64,000 nucleotides of DNA from Calditrichia bacterium (GTDB lineage: Bacteria > Calditrichota > Calditrichia > JAJRVZ01), in assembly GCA_963796965.1 (NCBI GenBank), contig CAWCNS010000011.1, positions 576,001 through 640,000 of the forward strand, written 5' to 3'. A model generated the notes under the pieces. The model did no database searches and was not told where the DNA came from. It saw only the letters and a program-made list of their open reading frames with translations. The translations under genes and the position numbers were made by a program. Each line of letters opens with the position of its first letter. The first letter of the stretch is position 1. Positions 11,230-22,397 of this stretch are shown one piece after another.

Positions 11230-14200
11230 CTCAACCTTGCCACTTTCATCGTTTGTTCGAACGATTTTCCTTTAAAATCAGCCCGTACTAATGCAAAATA
11301 GACCCCATTGGCAACAAATGCACCATCCTGATCACGACCATCCCATTCAATTTCGTGATACCCTGGATCCCAAATCTCATCAGCCCCCTGGGGCCTGGTA
11401 ATTTCTCTTATCTTTCGTCCTGATACCGTGTAAATTGAAATTGTAAATTTATCCAGAATATCATTGGCAACAATTTGAAATGAAAATATAGTCATCTCTT
11501 TAAAAGGGTTGGGATAATTTCCATAGATCTTAATATCAAAACCATTGGCAACCTGGAAATCGAATATTTTTTCAGTGCGATTACCAAATGCATCGGATAC
11601 TTCAACTCTAAGATTATGATTACCAGAAGTTAAATCCGGTTTGGCAACGAGTGAGATGGCATTAGCATTCTGAACAGAATCGGGTACATTTAAATCCTCT
11701 TCTGACAACAATTCATCATCAATATAGACATTAAATCCTGAAGAGATATCTACCCCATTCTCGTCCTGGATAATAAAGGCAACGCTGGGATTTTGCGGAA
11801 CCAGCATATCATTATGCAAAATTCTTCCGTTGATTGTAATTTCTATAACCGGTTCTTTGGAATCCGACACATTAAACAACGCAAATAAACCATTCTCTGA
11901 AATAGAAGCCGTATAACTGTTTCCGGATAGAACCGTATTGACAGCTAACCAGCGATTCAAATTTGGTATATACCGACAAATGAATACATTTTCAAGAAAC
12001 ACCGGCTCATATAGGCTGGTATCTACCTCAAATTCAAGATAAGCATCTTCATTCTGTACTGTTGCCGGATTTCTAAACGACAAAGAAACACCCATTGGTT
12101 CCGTTTGACTGGGGGCCTGAACATAGGTCAGACCGGGTTGTAAGTCAGAATCAAAGAGAGAGCGGTTTGTTTCAGCTGCATATTCCAATACAGTTGAGGC
12201 AGATATACTTTGTGCTGGTAAATGATAACGCGTTGAATTGTTAAGAACGATGGTATCATTGGACACACCATCGGTAGAAGAACCAATATTTTTTGCCAAA
12301 TTAAATAAGTGTTCCGGAGAATAGATCATCGCAAAATTATTGGTTTCATGTCGCTCTTCGATGGCAAAATCTGCATCTACCACAGTATGGAATTTTCTGC
12401 CAACCTTAAATTCAGAGGGATCTATCGGGAAAGTAATCTTTTTAATCTCACGAGAATTTAAATTAACGTTCTGTACCGTAAAGGGTGGATTCTGGCTACT
12501 AAGCGAATCCAGGTATAACCCTATCATAACATTGGACAAAAGCGAATCTGAATTATTCTCTACTGTCAGAGATAAATCAATTTTTTCCGTACCCCCAAAT
12601 CCATAACTTTGAGCCATAATCCTCAGGTCGGGACGTGGATCTCGTATGATTAACAGATGTCGTCGACTGAGGTAGGTTGCATCCGCTGTATCATCGACCT
12701 GGACATCGAAATAGATCGTATCAGCAGAAATGTAGGGACCGATGGACTCTGGGGTACGCCATACATTTTCACTGTCTTCCACTAACTCCCTGGTTAAATA
12801 TTTTCCGGTCGGACCGCGTAAATTTTTGATCCTCACACGCTGTATTTTTACAGGAGAAGTGATATGAGCAGAGAAACTAACCTGATCACCGACAAAGGGA
12901 TTTTCAGGCGAGATAACCAATGAATCAAGCAGCGACTTGTTGATGGCAATCCGGGCAAGCCCCCGGCCGTCTAAATCACCGGCAGAATTTATAGCATGGG
13001 CTTTTATAAAACCCCGTTGATCCTTGAGTTCTTGTGGGATGATAAAGGTTGCTTCTGCCTGGCTATTCGATATAACGAAGTAGGTTTCATCCAGGGGTTC
13101 CTGTTTCTCATTGGTCAGTTCAATCCTGCCACTTCCTGATACAAAAGGGGCGGAGATGGTAACGGATATGGTATCACCCAGAGAAGGAATGGTATTATCG
13201 ACCCTAACCTGAAGGTTTTCATGAGGTACATTGATCTTTACATAGGGATCACCCAGTAAATTGTAATGATTCACCATTGAGTTCTTCAGATTATAATAAC
13301 TTGGGACAGTCGCATCATAAGCCTCTGTAACATAGAGATTATTATTCAGATAGAATAATTTTGTATAGAGGACGGCCTCCCCAACGGTAAGATCCTGCTC
13401 TAGGAGGAAATTAGTTAGCGTCCAGCCAACAGCAAAATCATTATGCAACCAGCCGACTCCAGAAGCCGCAAATGCACCAATTGCACCCTTATCCTCTGCA
13501 ATAACGAGTTCCTCTGCTATACCTTTTATACTGGCACTTTCAAATGCACCGGTGAAACAAGTCATACTTTTTATAAAAGGTAAGCGGCTACCATTATTCA
13601 AACGGTCAATATCATCTGTCTGAAATAATCCCACATCAGCCCATATTCCACCACCGCCATGCCCAAGAAAATTTATTAATGAAACCCCTTCATCAATATA
13701 ATCTGTTAAGGTTGGGGTAGAACCAAAATTAGGATCACCTCCGGGAATTGATGAATCCCGGACTGTATTTAATTTTCTGGTAAAATAGCCATCAGGAGTA
13801 TTCATATTAATCAGACGCTGGTTTTGTGCTCTAAAGGCTGGTGCACCGGTAAATTGCTCATAGGTACTCGCATCATTACCGCTTATAAACAACCCACGGT
13901 TCCGCCATTCACCAATATTTGCCGGATCCTCATAGGCCTTCAGTTTGTTAAAATAGGCCTCAAATTCAGCATTGGTACTAATGGGCCAACGCCCAATAAC
14001 TAAATCGGGGGTACGGTCATCTCCTGAAACCAATGCATATTGGTGGTCACTGGCTGCAGCACCATATTTTTCAGTATCAAATAAAAATGTAGGTACAAAA
14101 TCTGCGTTAGCATTGCGGTAAGTGTAAGAGGCATCACCCATCAGATTGACATAAAGCAGGCCCCAATTGGCATAAGCATGCCTAAGAAAATCACGAATAG

Positions 14201-16191
14201 CGATAGGGGACTTAATGCCATAATTAAATTCATCATAAATATCTTCAACTTTAACCACTGCCACGTTTAAGCCAGAGCCTTCGCGGTAATCCTTCAATGA
14301 AAGAGAACTTTCATAAAACAGGTCGTGGGTAACGATGAGATAGTCAACCCTATTATTGGGATCTAAAAGTGAGGTATTGACTGTTTCAGGCAACCAGGGT
14401 TCATCCGCCACAATATCCAAAGGTTTTTTCTTTTGATCCGGGGTTATAGGCAATATATTCCAAATCCGGATAGAAAATATGGTCCTGGAAAGAGATCCGG
14501 TAGGAAGAAAAATTATCATCATCACTATAATAGTCAAGACGACCGTTGACTATTTTACTGACACCAAGTTTATAGACCTCTATATCCTTATTATTAAATC
14601 CATTCACCTCAAATTGTAAGACAAAATCTTCCGGCACATTTTTCTGCTTTCTAAAGCGGATAAAATTTTCGTGGGCCCGGTATTGACGTTCATAGGAGAT
14701 ATCAAACCAGTTCAGCAGCGCAACATCTAAAACGCCGGTCTGATCCATTTCAATAAAAAGCTCATTGTCGCCATGTGAAAGATCCGACTGAGATAGCCCT
14801 GTGCTTCCCTCATTCGTTATGACATGAGCCTCCTGGTTTACCCATTCACCGGAGTTCGCGACAGGCTTTGTATTAAGCCAGACTTCAACCCGATGGGTTA
14901 AAGGAAGTTTACCTTTTTCTGCAAATGACAGTCCACGCATCATTGTTTTTACAAAAACAGAGCGGGTACTTATTTTTGTATAGGGCCAGGGGAGAAATGC
15001 CTTATAGGGTCTTTTTTCCTGCGCTGTAACCCCACGGTCAAAAAACCAATGGTCAATGGTATGACTCAAATTATCCGTATTTGTCTGGCCAAAGCGGATA
15101 AAGGAGTTATCTTCTTCAAAATGCAGTTTTTCTGTATATGCAAAGGGTACAATATATTGAGACGGATTGGTCACTGTCAGAGCGCCACTTTCTTCAGCCA
15201 TGCGCAGACCACTGCTTGCAGAAGTCCCCAGCCAGTAAACATTAATATCCGTAAACGGATCCTGATAAACATCCGGGTATTGATTTAAAAATGTTTTTTC
15301 ATTTTTTTCTCCCCAGAACTCAAAATAATCCCCGGGATCAAAACGGCCATCCTCGCCGCCTTTAAAATAGATAGGTATCTCTTTGCCTTTATTCACAAGT
15401 CGCAATTTTCTGGTGTCAAATTGTTCAACAGGAACTTTAGCATCAAGGAGATCTGTATGGGTAATTTTATAGAGTCCGGTTTGATTAACCAGAATCTTAT
15501 ATTGATTTTCTTTGTAGGGCCAATAATGATCAGCTGCCTTGACCAGGGGATCGGCCAGGGTGTAGTTAATAAAATCACCGTTTACAAAAAGTTTGTTGAG
15601 GACAGATTTTTCTTTCTGGGAAAAAGTTGAAGTGATATAATTGCCAGTTGTGACGCCACCTGTTCCCGTAAACTCGATCTTTATAGATGTAATCACTTCT
15701 GCCGATTTCCCTGAAGGATCTACCTGTACCGGAAAAACTGTAAGGGAAAAAATCGGTACATCGCGGAATAATCCATGGGACCCAACTTCAACCCTGTTTT
15801 TGTTTCTTATGACTGTATTTTCAGTAACAGGCTGCCCGTCAACCCGATTAACATTAAGGGCATAATGGTCAAAGGTAACTGTTGAAGAGGTGATCTCTAA
15901 AATTTTATATGAAACTGCACTGGCCGGAAGTGAAAGCATCTTATTCAGATAGGGAACACGTGGGTAGCCTTCTTCCTGCAGGAAGGGTAAACCTTTCATT
16001 GAAAGAAATTGTTCAGAATTATTTACCCCGCTTTTAGTGAAGCTTTGCAACTCTGCTTTGGGGAATGAAATGGTAAGGACGACTGATTTTGACGATTGAG
16101 TATTGACCGCAACATGGTCATCAGCCAGCACTTTAAAAGGCAGGATAAAAAATAATGTCACAAAAATTAGGGATAGATAATGTTTCATCAT
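11226..16191 (-). CDS. porU: Peptidase C25 (gingipain/PorU-like) with C-terminal FlgD-Ig sorting domain; one indel near 14400-14540
   Basis: VNQTGLYKIT, EFWGE, DYLIVT, EDIYDEFNYG, NFLGHGG (catalytic His), SMTCFTG (catalytic Cys), YNLLGDP, NYPNPF...WDGRD..G..VANGVYF. Confidence 0.78.
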
Positions 16192-16357
16192 CGGATATTC
16201 AAGACCGCTTAAAATTGTTAACTACCAGTTTAGTTACAATATACATTTCTCATGCAGAGATGGAGAGACGTAAATAAAAATCCATCTTTGAATTAAGAAA
16301 TATATATTTAATCTCACTGTAACAATTAAACCAGCATACCCTCCCTATTTTTGAGCT

Positions 16358-16387
16358 AAAAATAACGGGACAAAGATTGTCCCGTTA
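16358..16387 (-). terminator. Rho-independent terminator
   Basis: TAACGGGACA/TGTCCCGTTA stem followed by a T run on the minus strand. Confidence 0.75.
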
Positions 16388-16496
16388 GACATAATCGGAA
16401 TATATTACAAAATGTTTAATATTTCGTTGTATTTCTAATTTCATTGTACGGAAAAGAAGCCTATTGAATTTAGAACCTAAGAAATCCCAGAGAATG

Positions 16497-16531
16497 CTCC
16501 CAATCCCAAATTACCAATTCCTAATTACTAT
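16497..16531. repeat. Heptamer tandem repeat (CCCAAT/TACCAAT-like)
   Basis: ctcccaatcccaaattaccaattcctaattactat directly after the 16535 stop. Confidence 0.55.
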
Positions 16532-16534
16532 TTT

Positions 16535-19497
16535 CTACTTCACCAACAACATCTTGGCCGTCTGTTTAAAATCCCTGGCCGAGATCATATAGATATACAT
16601 CCCACTGGCTACGGATTGTCCATTTTTATCCGTTCCGTCCCAGGTTAAATAATGTTCACCCGCTTCATATGATTCGTTCAACGCCAACTCACGCACCAGG
16701 TTCCCTTGAATCCCGTAAATCTTCAGGGTAATTTCTGCCGTTTCCGGGACACGAAATCCAATCCGGGTGGTTGGGTTAAAGGGATTCGGATAATTGCCAA
16801 GCAAGGTATATTCGGTTGGCATCGGGACATCCACTTCAACTATTTTTTCCTGAATCCTCACACCGGCATAGGAGACTGATTCAAGCATATATTCGTAGGA
16901 TTGACCGGCAGCAACACTTTTATCATAATAGTCATAATCGGCTCTTTCAGCGCTGTTTCCCTGGCCAGGAATCATTGCCGCCGTCAATAATTGCCATTCA
17001 CTTTTATCTTTGGCCATCCGACGATAGACGTTAAAACCCTGGTTCTCGACTTCTGATTCGGTACTCCAGGAGAGTGAGACACCACCCATGGAAGGCTCGG
17101 CTTTGAAAGAGACTGAGGCTAACCGGCAGTGAATTGTCTCCTGCTGATGAACCGAGTGCAAAAGGACCATAACTAGAGAATGTGGCAGAAGAGGTGACCG
17201 TTCCCGGAGTAGTACCCGAGACATTGTCAGCAGTACCGGTATCACTTCAATCCCAGGACTACTTCCTGTCCAATTTGTTACCAATAGAGAACTTGGTGCC
17301 TGAACACCATCTGAAGGACTATCCAATATAGTTTCACCGTTGCACTGTGCTTCCTGTCACTGTCCAGTAATTTAAAATTGATACTACCGCAACATTCGTA
17401 CCGGTTTGAGAACCATAGGCTTGTTGGGGATCAGAATCAAAAAATTCGGTTGTATAGCTGGTGCTGGTTTCTGTTGGTGTGATACCAATCTGACGTACAA
17501 CGCCATTTTTACCAATTGGAAGGACTCTCTCCTCTGTGCCAGTAACTATTTGCAGGGTTACAGGACCATCAATATAACTGGTAGTGCTCCGGAAGTGGAA
17601 TATCAGTTCCAGCTGATGAAATTGTAAATGTACCATTCGATGTTTTCAGCACCCCATCAGTAGAGTACAAAGTTACCAGAAACAGAAGGAGAAGTACCCG
17701 ATGAGACTGTTACACCATCTCACTTTTATTATTTATAGTCAGATCTGTAAATGATAAACCATACATTGTTTCTGCATTATTCCCCGAATATTCAACTCTT
17801 CCGGCCAGATTATATACCAGAAATTTATTCAACGGGAACTAGAATAAGACCCCCCGGTCTCCAATGTACCGGCAACATATAGTGTTGTCCCTGAACCATT
17901 TATCGTAAGTGTCTTTCCATTCAGATTTAATAAGCCACTACTTGATACAGTCAAAGAACATCCGCTGGCAATGGTTACACTACCTTCTAATTTAACACTA
18001 CCCTGAGCTATTGCTTACGGTTAAGGCATCATTAACCGTAATTCCGCTTAACTCCCCAGCGGTTGAGGAGATTGTCAAATTGTCTAATTCAAGGTTTCCA
18101 GAAGCGACAATTTGATTATCAAGTCCTGACACACTTAACGTTCCGCCATCAGTGGTACCAAATTTTCCAGTGCTCGCCGTAACATTACCGGTAACAAATA
18201 ATGTTCCTGAAGTTTTTAATTCACCGGAAGATAAAGTTAAATTAGTTGCGGTTTTAGGGTCGCTACCCCTTATCGTAATATCATTCGTATTAGAAATGAC
18301 TACATTTGGTACATTTGTACCGACGCCGGGCCATTCATCATCAGTTTCCTGAGCAATTGATGCACTATACTTGAGTGTAGCAGCATCACCGCTATAGGTA
18401 GGGGTTCCACCATCTGTAAATGTACCACCATTCATATCTAATGTACCGCTAACGGTTAATGAACCACTGTTAGTGAAGGTATTGTTTCTCAGCGTTGCTG
18501 TACCCGTTACCGTGAGCGTCCCAGCCGCACTAATGGTAAAATTTCCACCATCTATGGTTAAATCAGCAAGTGATCTTGTCTCGCCGAAGGTTGTTATCCC
18601 TCCATTTAATTTCACTTCAGCCGGGCTTCCACTTGAGGGCCATTCCTCGGCATCAACTATAAATGAAATCGTACTCGCATTATAGGTTAGCGTCGATTCC
18701 ATCATTATAGTTCAAAGTACCAGAAATTCCCGAAGCCCGACCTTTCCTCGTGTGCTATGATTGATATTATATGTGCACACCAGAGAAAAAACTATGATGC
18801 CGTCGTATCTTCAGAACCAGTAATTCTAATACCATCATGAATCACATGACCAAAAGTGATAGAGTCATTTGATGTAATAGTTAAAGTTGATGATGTAGTT
18901 CCTAATTGTATAAAGGAACAAAATTAAAGGTTGCGCTGGCACCAGTAAATGTACCGCCAGACTTTCTATTTAATTACTGTCGCATTCCCTATTAGTCAGT
19001 TGAATACTCGAAGTGCCTGAGTTAAAAGTTCCTGCAGATTGTATGATGAAGAATTGATGATTAGTGGAAGAGCCAGCGTTAAAAGTCCCACTTGCACCGT
19101 TAACATCTACGGAAACACCAGAAACGTAATTGCTTCCCATGTTTACAGCCCCCTGTGTAACAGTTAGGGTTCCATTCAAATTCAGATCAAATCCAGATTG
19201 CGTGATGGTTCCAGATGTATTAATAGTGATATTATTGACAGTAACAGAGGCACTGATTGTTAAGTTATTGCTTCCTTGAACCACAAAATTGTCATTTCCA
19301 GAAGTAAATACGGCTGTACTTGCCGAGCGGATTTCCTCCGCTTGCTGCATCAAACCAATTTGTTGTATTAGTAAAATTCAGCGTTACCTTGAGAATACCA
19401 AGTTGTTCAAGCAAAGATCTCTGTCAGTAAAGGAAATGAACAATAATGACAGTACAATAACATTGAATTTTAACAATTTTTGTAGAATCTGCATCAT
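16535..19497 (-). CDS. Large secreted G/S/T/N-rich beta-helix-like protein with LPV-type linker and FlgD-Ig sorting domain (heavily fragmented)
   Basis: ATG 19497 after AGGGG with signal-like MMQILQKLLKFNVIVLSLLF; pieces 18970-19353, 17998-18705, 17334-17636, 16535-17326; WSTESEVENQGFNVYR, NYPNPFNPTT, WDGTDKNGQSVASGMYIY. Confidence 0.7.
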
Positions 19498-19780
19498 CAG
19501 GTCCCCTAATAATATTAGATAAGTCCATATTTATCATACGCTTACAACGTACGATAATACGAACTTAGATAAGCCACTATAATATATTGATTTACAATAC
19601 TCTCCCGAATATCAATTATTACCAATTTTTTGTAAAAAAAACAAGAAAAATATCTATTATTTTTGAGAATTAGTCCATCTTGTCGAACAGGTATAAAACC
19701 AATAAATCATCGCCTTTATGACAACGCATAATTACGATAAATAATTTCTTTCAGGGTTAATATACCGGAAATATAATATT

Positions 19781-19852
19781 CAATTGCCAATCGCCGATGG
19801 CCGATTTTCGATTGCCAATTGATTATTGATCATTGACCATTGATAATTGATC
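19781..19852. repeat. Heptamer tandem repeats (ATTGCCA / ATTGATC-like)
   Basis: caattgccaatcgccgatggccgattttcgattgccaattgattattgatcattgaccattgataattgatc. Confidence 0.65.
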
Positions 19853-20660
19853 ACTGATCAGCGGTCATAAAGCTAAGCCCCCACTTCTTCTTTTCTTTCG
19901 GTACCGGTGCAAAAGCCTCATTCAGGCGGGCATGGAGCATCTCCTCTGTTAAACCACGTATCATCTTCCCTTCTTCAACAATCGAGATCATTCCCGTTTC
20001 CTCCGACACCACCACAATAATCGCATCGGTCTGCTCTGAAATACCTACCGCTGCACGGTGACGCGTCCCTAAGGCCGGATCAATATCAGGACTCTGGGAC
20101 AAAGGCAGAATACATTTGGCGGCCAGGGCAATCTCTCCGCGAATGATCAAGGCCCCATCATGTAAGGGGGAACGGGGATTAAACACCGCATTGATCAATG
20201 GCTTGGAAACCCGCGCCTGTAACTGAACACCTGTTTCGAGAACGCTCTTTATCCCTGTATCGCGGAGCATAACGATGATCGCTCCAAAATTTTTATCACT
20301 CATCTCGATGGTCGCATTGGCCACTTCTTCGATAAACTCCGGTTCGCCTACTTTAACAAATGTTCGAACCAGACGACTCTGGCCCAGATAGATTAATAAT
20401 CGTCGGAGCTCCGGCTGAAAAATAATAACAAAAGCAATGACCCAAACCGTTTTTAAATTGGACATGATCCATGTCAGAGCACTCATATTTAACAACTCAC
20501 CAAAGAGTGATATGATTAATATCACGGCGAGACCAAGCAACATCCGGGATGCTATACTGCCCTTTAGAAATTCATATAATTGATAAAAAAGGAAACTAAC
20601 CAGCATGATATCTAAGACATCAATGATCGTTATGGGCAGAAATCCAATCTTGACCAGCAT
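19851..20660 (-). CDS. cdaA: Diadenylate cyclase CdaA
   Basis: 3 N-terminal TM segments, IIFQPELRR, PLHDGA, LGTRHRAA, VSEETG. Confidence 0.93.
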   Translation of the reverse strand: MLVKIGFLPITIIDVLDIMLVSFLFYQLYEFLKGSIASRMLLGLAVILIISLFGELLNMSALTWIMSNLKTVWVIAFVIIFQPELRRLLIYLGQSRLVRTFVKVGEPEFIEEVANATIEMSDKNFGAIIVMLRDTGIKSVLETGVQLQARVSKPLINAVFNPRSPLHDGALIIRGEIALAAKCILPLSQSPDIDPALGTRHRAAVGISEQTDAIIVVVSEETGMISIVEEGKMIRGLTEEMLHARLNEAFAPVPKEKKKWGLSFMTADQ

Positions 20661-20701
20661 ACTATATCCATCTTAATTTTATTAAAAGATTAAAAGAAAC
20701 G

Positions 20702-20760
20702 GTCCACGAATTTCACAAATTTTTATAATTTTAGAAAATAGTATTAATATATTCGTGGAT
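20702..20760. repeat. 9-mer inverted-repeat mini element
   Basis: gtccacgaatttcacaaattt ... atattcgtggat. Confidence 0.7.
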
Positions 20761-20937
20761 AATGACCTTTGCGCCGATGCGAGAAATACATGATTCGGGT
20801 TAATGAATATTTAAACGTAAGTGTCGATTTTTACATAAGTTAATAAATTTTTTAATAAAATGAAGTGATATTTGTCATTTTTATTAATTTGACTCATTCA
20901 TACCGCAGTACAAGGTCACAATCAAAAACAGAAATTT

Positions 20938-21174
20938 TCCACGGATTTCACAAATTTTCACAAATTACATTATATATTTAAAAGCATAAAAAATATATAC
21001 GTCCACTCCAAAAGGGGAAAAACCCGAAACTGTCATCCTGAACTTGTTTCAGGATCTATTGATTTCTTTAGAGTTATAAATGCCGAAATAAATTCGATAT
21101 GACTTTAAAAACCTGTTTAGAGTATGCTCCTATATTTTTTTTAGAAAATCGAGATAATTAGTGTAATTCGTGGA
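20938..21174. repeat. 9-mer inverted-repeat element with nested insertions
   Basis: Left tccacggatttcacaaattttcacaaatta; right taattagtgtaattcgtgga. Confidence 0.72.
21031..21103. repeat. REP-like palindromic element (GTCAT...ATGAC ends)
   Basis: TGTCATCCTGAACTTGTTTCAGGATCT ... ATGCCGAAATAAATTCGATATGAC; perfect ATCCTGAA/TTCAGGAT hairpin. Confidence 0.75.
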
Positions 21175-21254
21175 TAAAAATCTTTAAAAATATGAGTAAA
21201 GAATCAACGTCTTCGTCCATAATGGCGACTTTTTATTAAGTTTCCCAATCCAAT

Positions 21255-22397
21255 CTAATTCCCCATCCCCTTTAATACATTAATAAAATCCCGCGTCTCA
21301 GACACATCATGCACCCTAAACACATTTACCCCCTTTTTGATCAAGGGCCCCAAACTGGCCAGACTTCCGGCCAATCGCTCCTCCACTTTTTTACCGGTCA
21401 ATATTCCGATAAAGGATTTGCGCGAAGTGCCATAAAGCAAGGGGTAGCCATGCCGCCTGAATAGCGTAGCCCCCCGGATTAGGTTCAAATTATCCTCTAA
21501 CCTTTTACCAAATCCAATTCCCGGATCGAGAATTATTTTATCGACACCTTCATTTTTTAAGTTCATTATGCGCTCTGAAAAAAAGTCATCAACCTCAAGA
21601 CATACATTTTGGTAGAAGGGTTTGTCTTGCATATTCCGTGGGGTTCCCTGCATATGCATGATCACCACCGGACATTGATATCTTTTCACCACAGAGATCA
21701 TCGCCTGATCAGCCCGAAGACCGGAAATATCGTTTATCCAGTTAGCGCCTGACATTAAAGCCTTTTCCGCCACTTTTGCCTTTATTGTATCCACAGATAG
21801 ACATATGTCAGATTTCGCCCGGATTCCTTCTACCACCGGTATTATCCGGGCTAATTCTTTCTCCTCTGACACTTCAACGGCTCCCGGTCGTGATGATTCA
21901 CCGCCAACATCGATAATCATTGCTCCTTCCTCTTCCAGACTCAAGGCATGATCCACAGCCTTATGAACATCAAAATAATGGCCACCATCAGAAAAAGAGT
22001 CCGGGGTTACATTTACAATCCCCATAAGAGCAGGTGTTTGCATATTAACGCCATAAACATCGGAGGTTAAAAAATCCGGATAGATATAGCTTCTTATTTG
22101 ATCCAATAATTGAGCAGTCTGGGCAGAAAACAATTTTTCGATATATGATGGAAGATATAAATTTGATTTTTGTTTTAATGGGAAGCTGATATGAATGTAG
22201 GGATCGTCCTCATCTAAAATGGTTATGAAGCCGGGGAAGTCAGAATTCGAACGGTTTAGTTCTTTTATTATTTGGGGGGAAGGATTTTCAACAAGGAAAT
22301 GAGCCATGAGACCATTTTCTGGTTCGGGCAATCCAAAGGGTTCATAGGAAAAGGCAATCGTTTTTGCCGAGTCAATTTTTATCAGCCGCAGGTTCAT
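21255..22397 (-). CDS. folP: Dihydropteroate synthase with N-terminal extension
   Basis: MGIVNVTPDSFSDGG, DVGGESSRPG, DPGIGFGK, SRKSFIG, RVHDV. Confidence 0.93.
   Translation of the reverse strand: MNLRLIKIDSAKTIAFSYEPFGLPEPENGLMAHFLVENPSPQIIKELNRSNSDFPGFITILDEDDPYIHISFPLKQKSNLYLPSYIEKLFSAQTAQLLDQIRSYIYPDFLTSDVYGVNMQTPALMGIVNVTPDSFSDGGHYFDVHKAVDHALSLEEEGAMIIDVGGESSRPGAVEVSEEKELARIIPVVEGIRAKSDICLSVDTIKAKVAEKALMSGANWINDISGLRADQAMISVVKRYQCPVVIMHMQGTPRNMQDKPFYQNVCLEVDDFFSERIMNLKNEGVDKIILDPGIGFGKRLEDNLNLIRGATLFRRHGYPLLYGTSRKSFIGILTGKKVEERLAGSLASLGPLIKKGVNVFRVHDVSETRDFINVLKGMGN

Noticed and set aside
19500..19780. Riboswitch (c-di-AMP or c-di-GMP) between cdaA and the cargo gene
   Set aside because: AT-rich, with no recognisable conserved aptamer motifs by eye; an Rfam scan would be needed to exclude it fully
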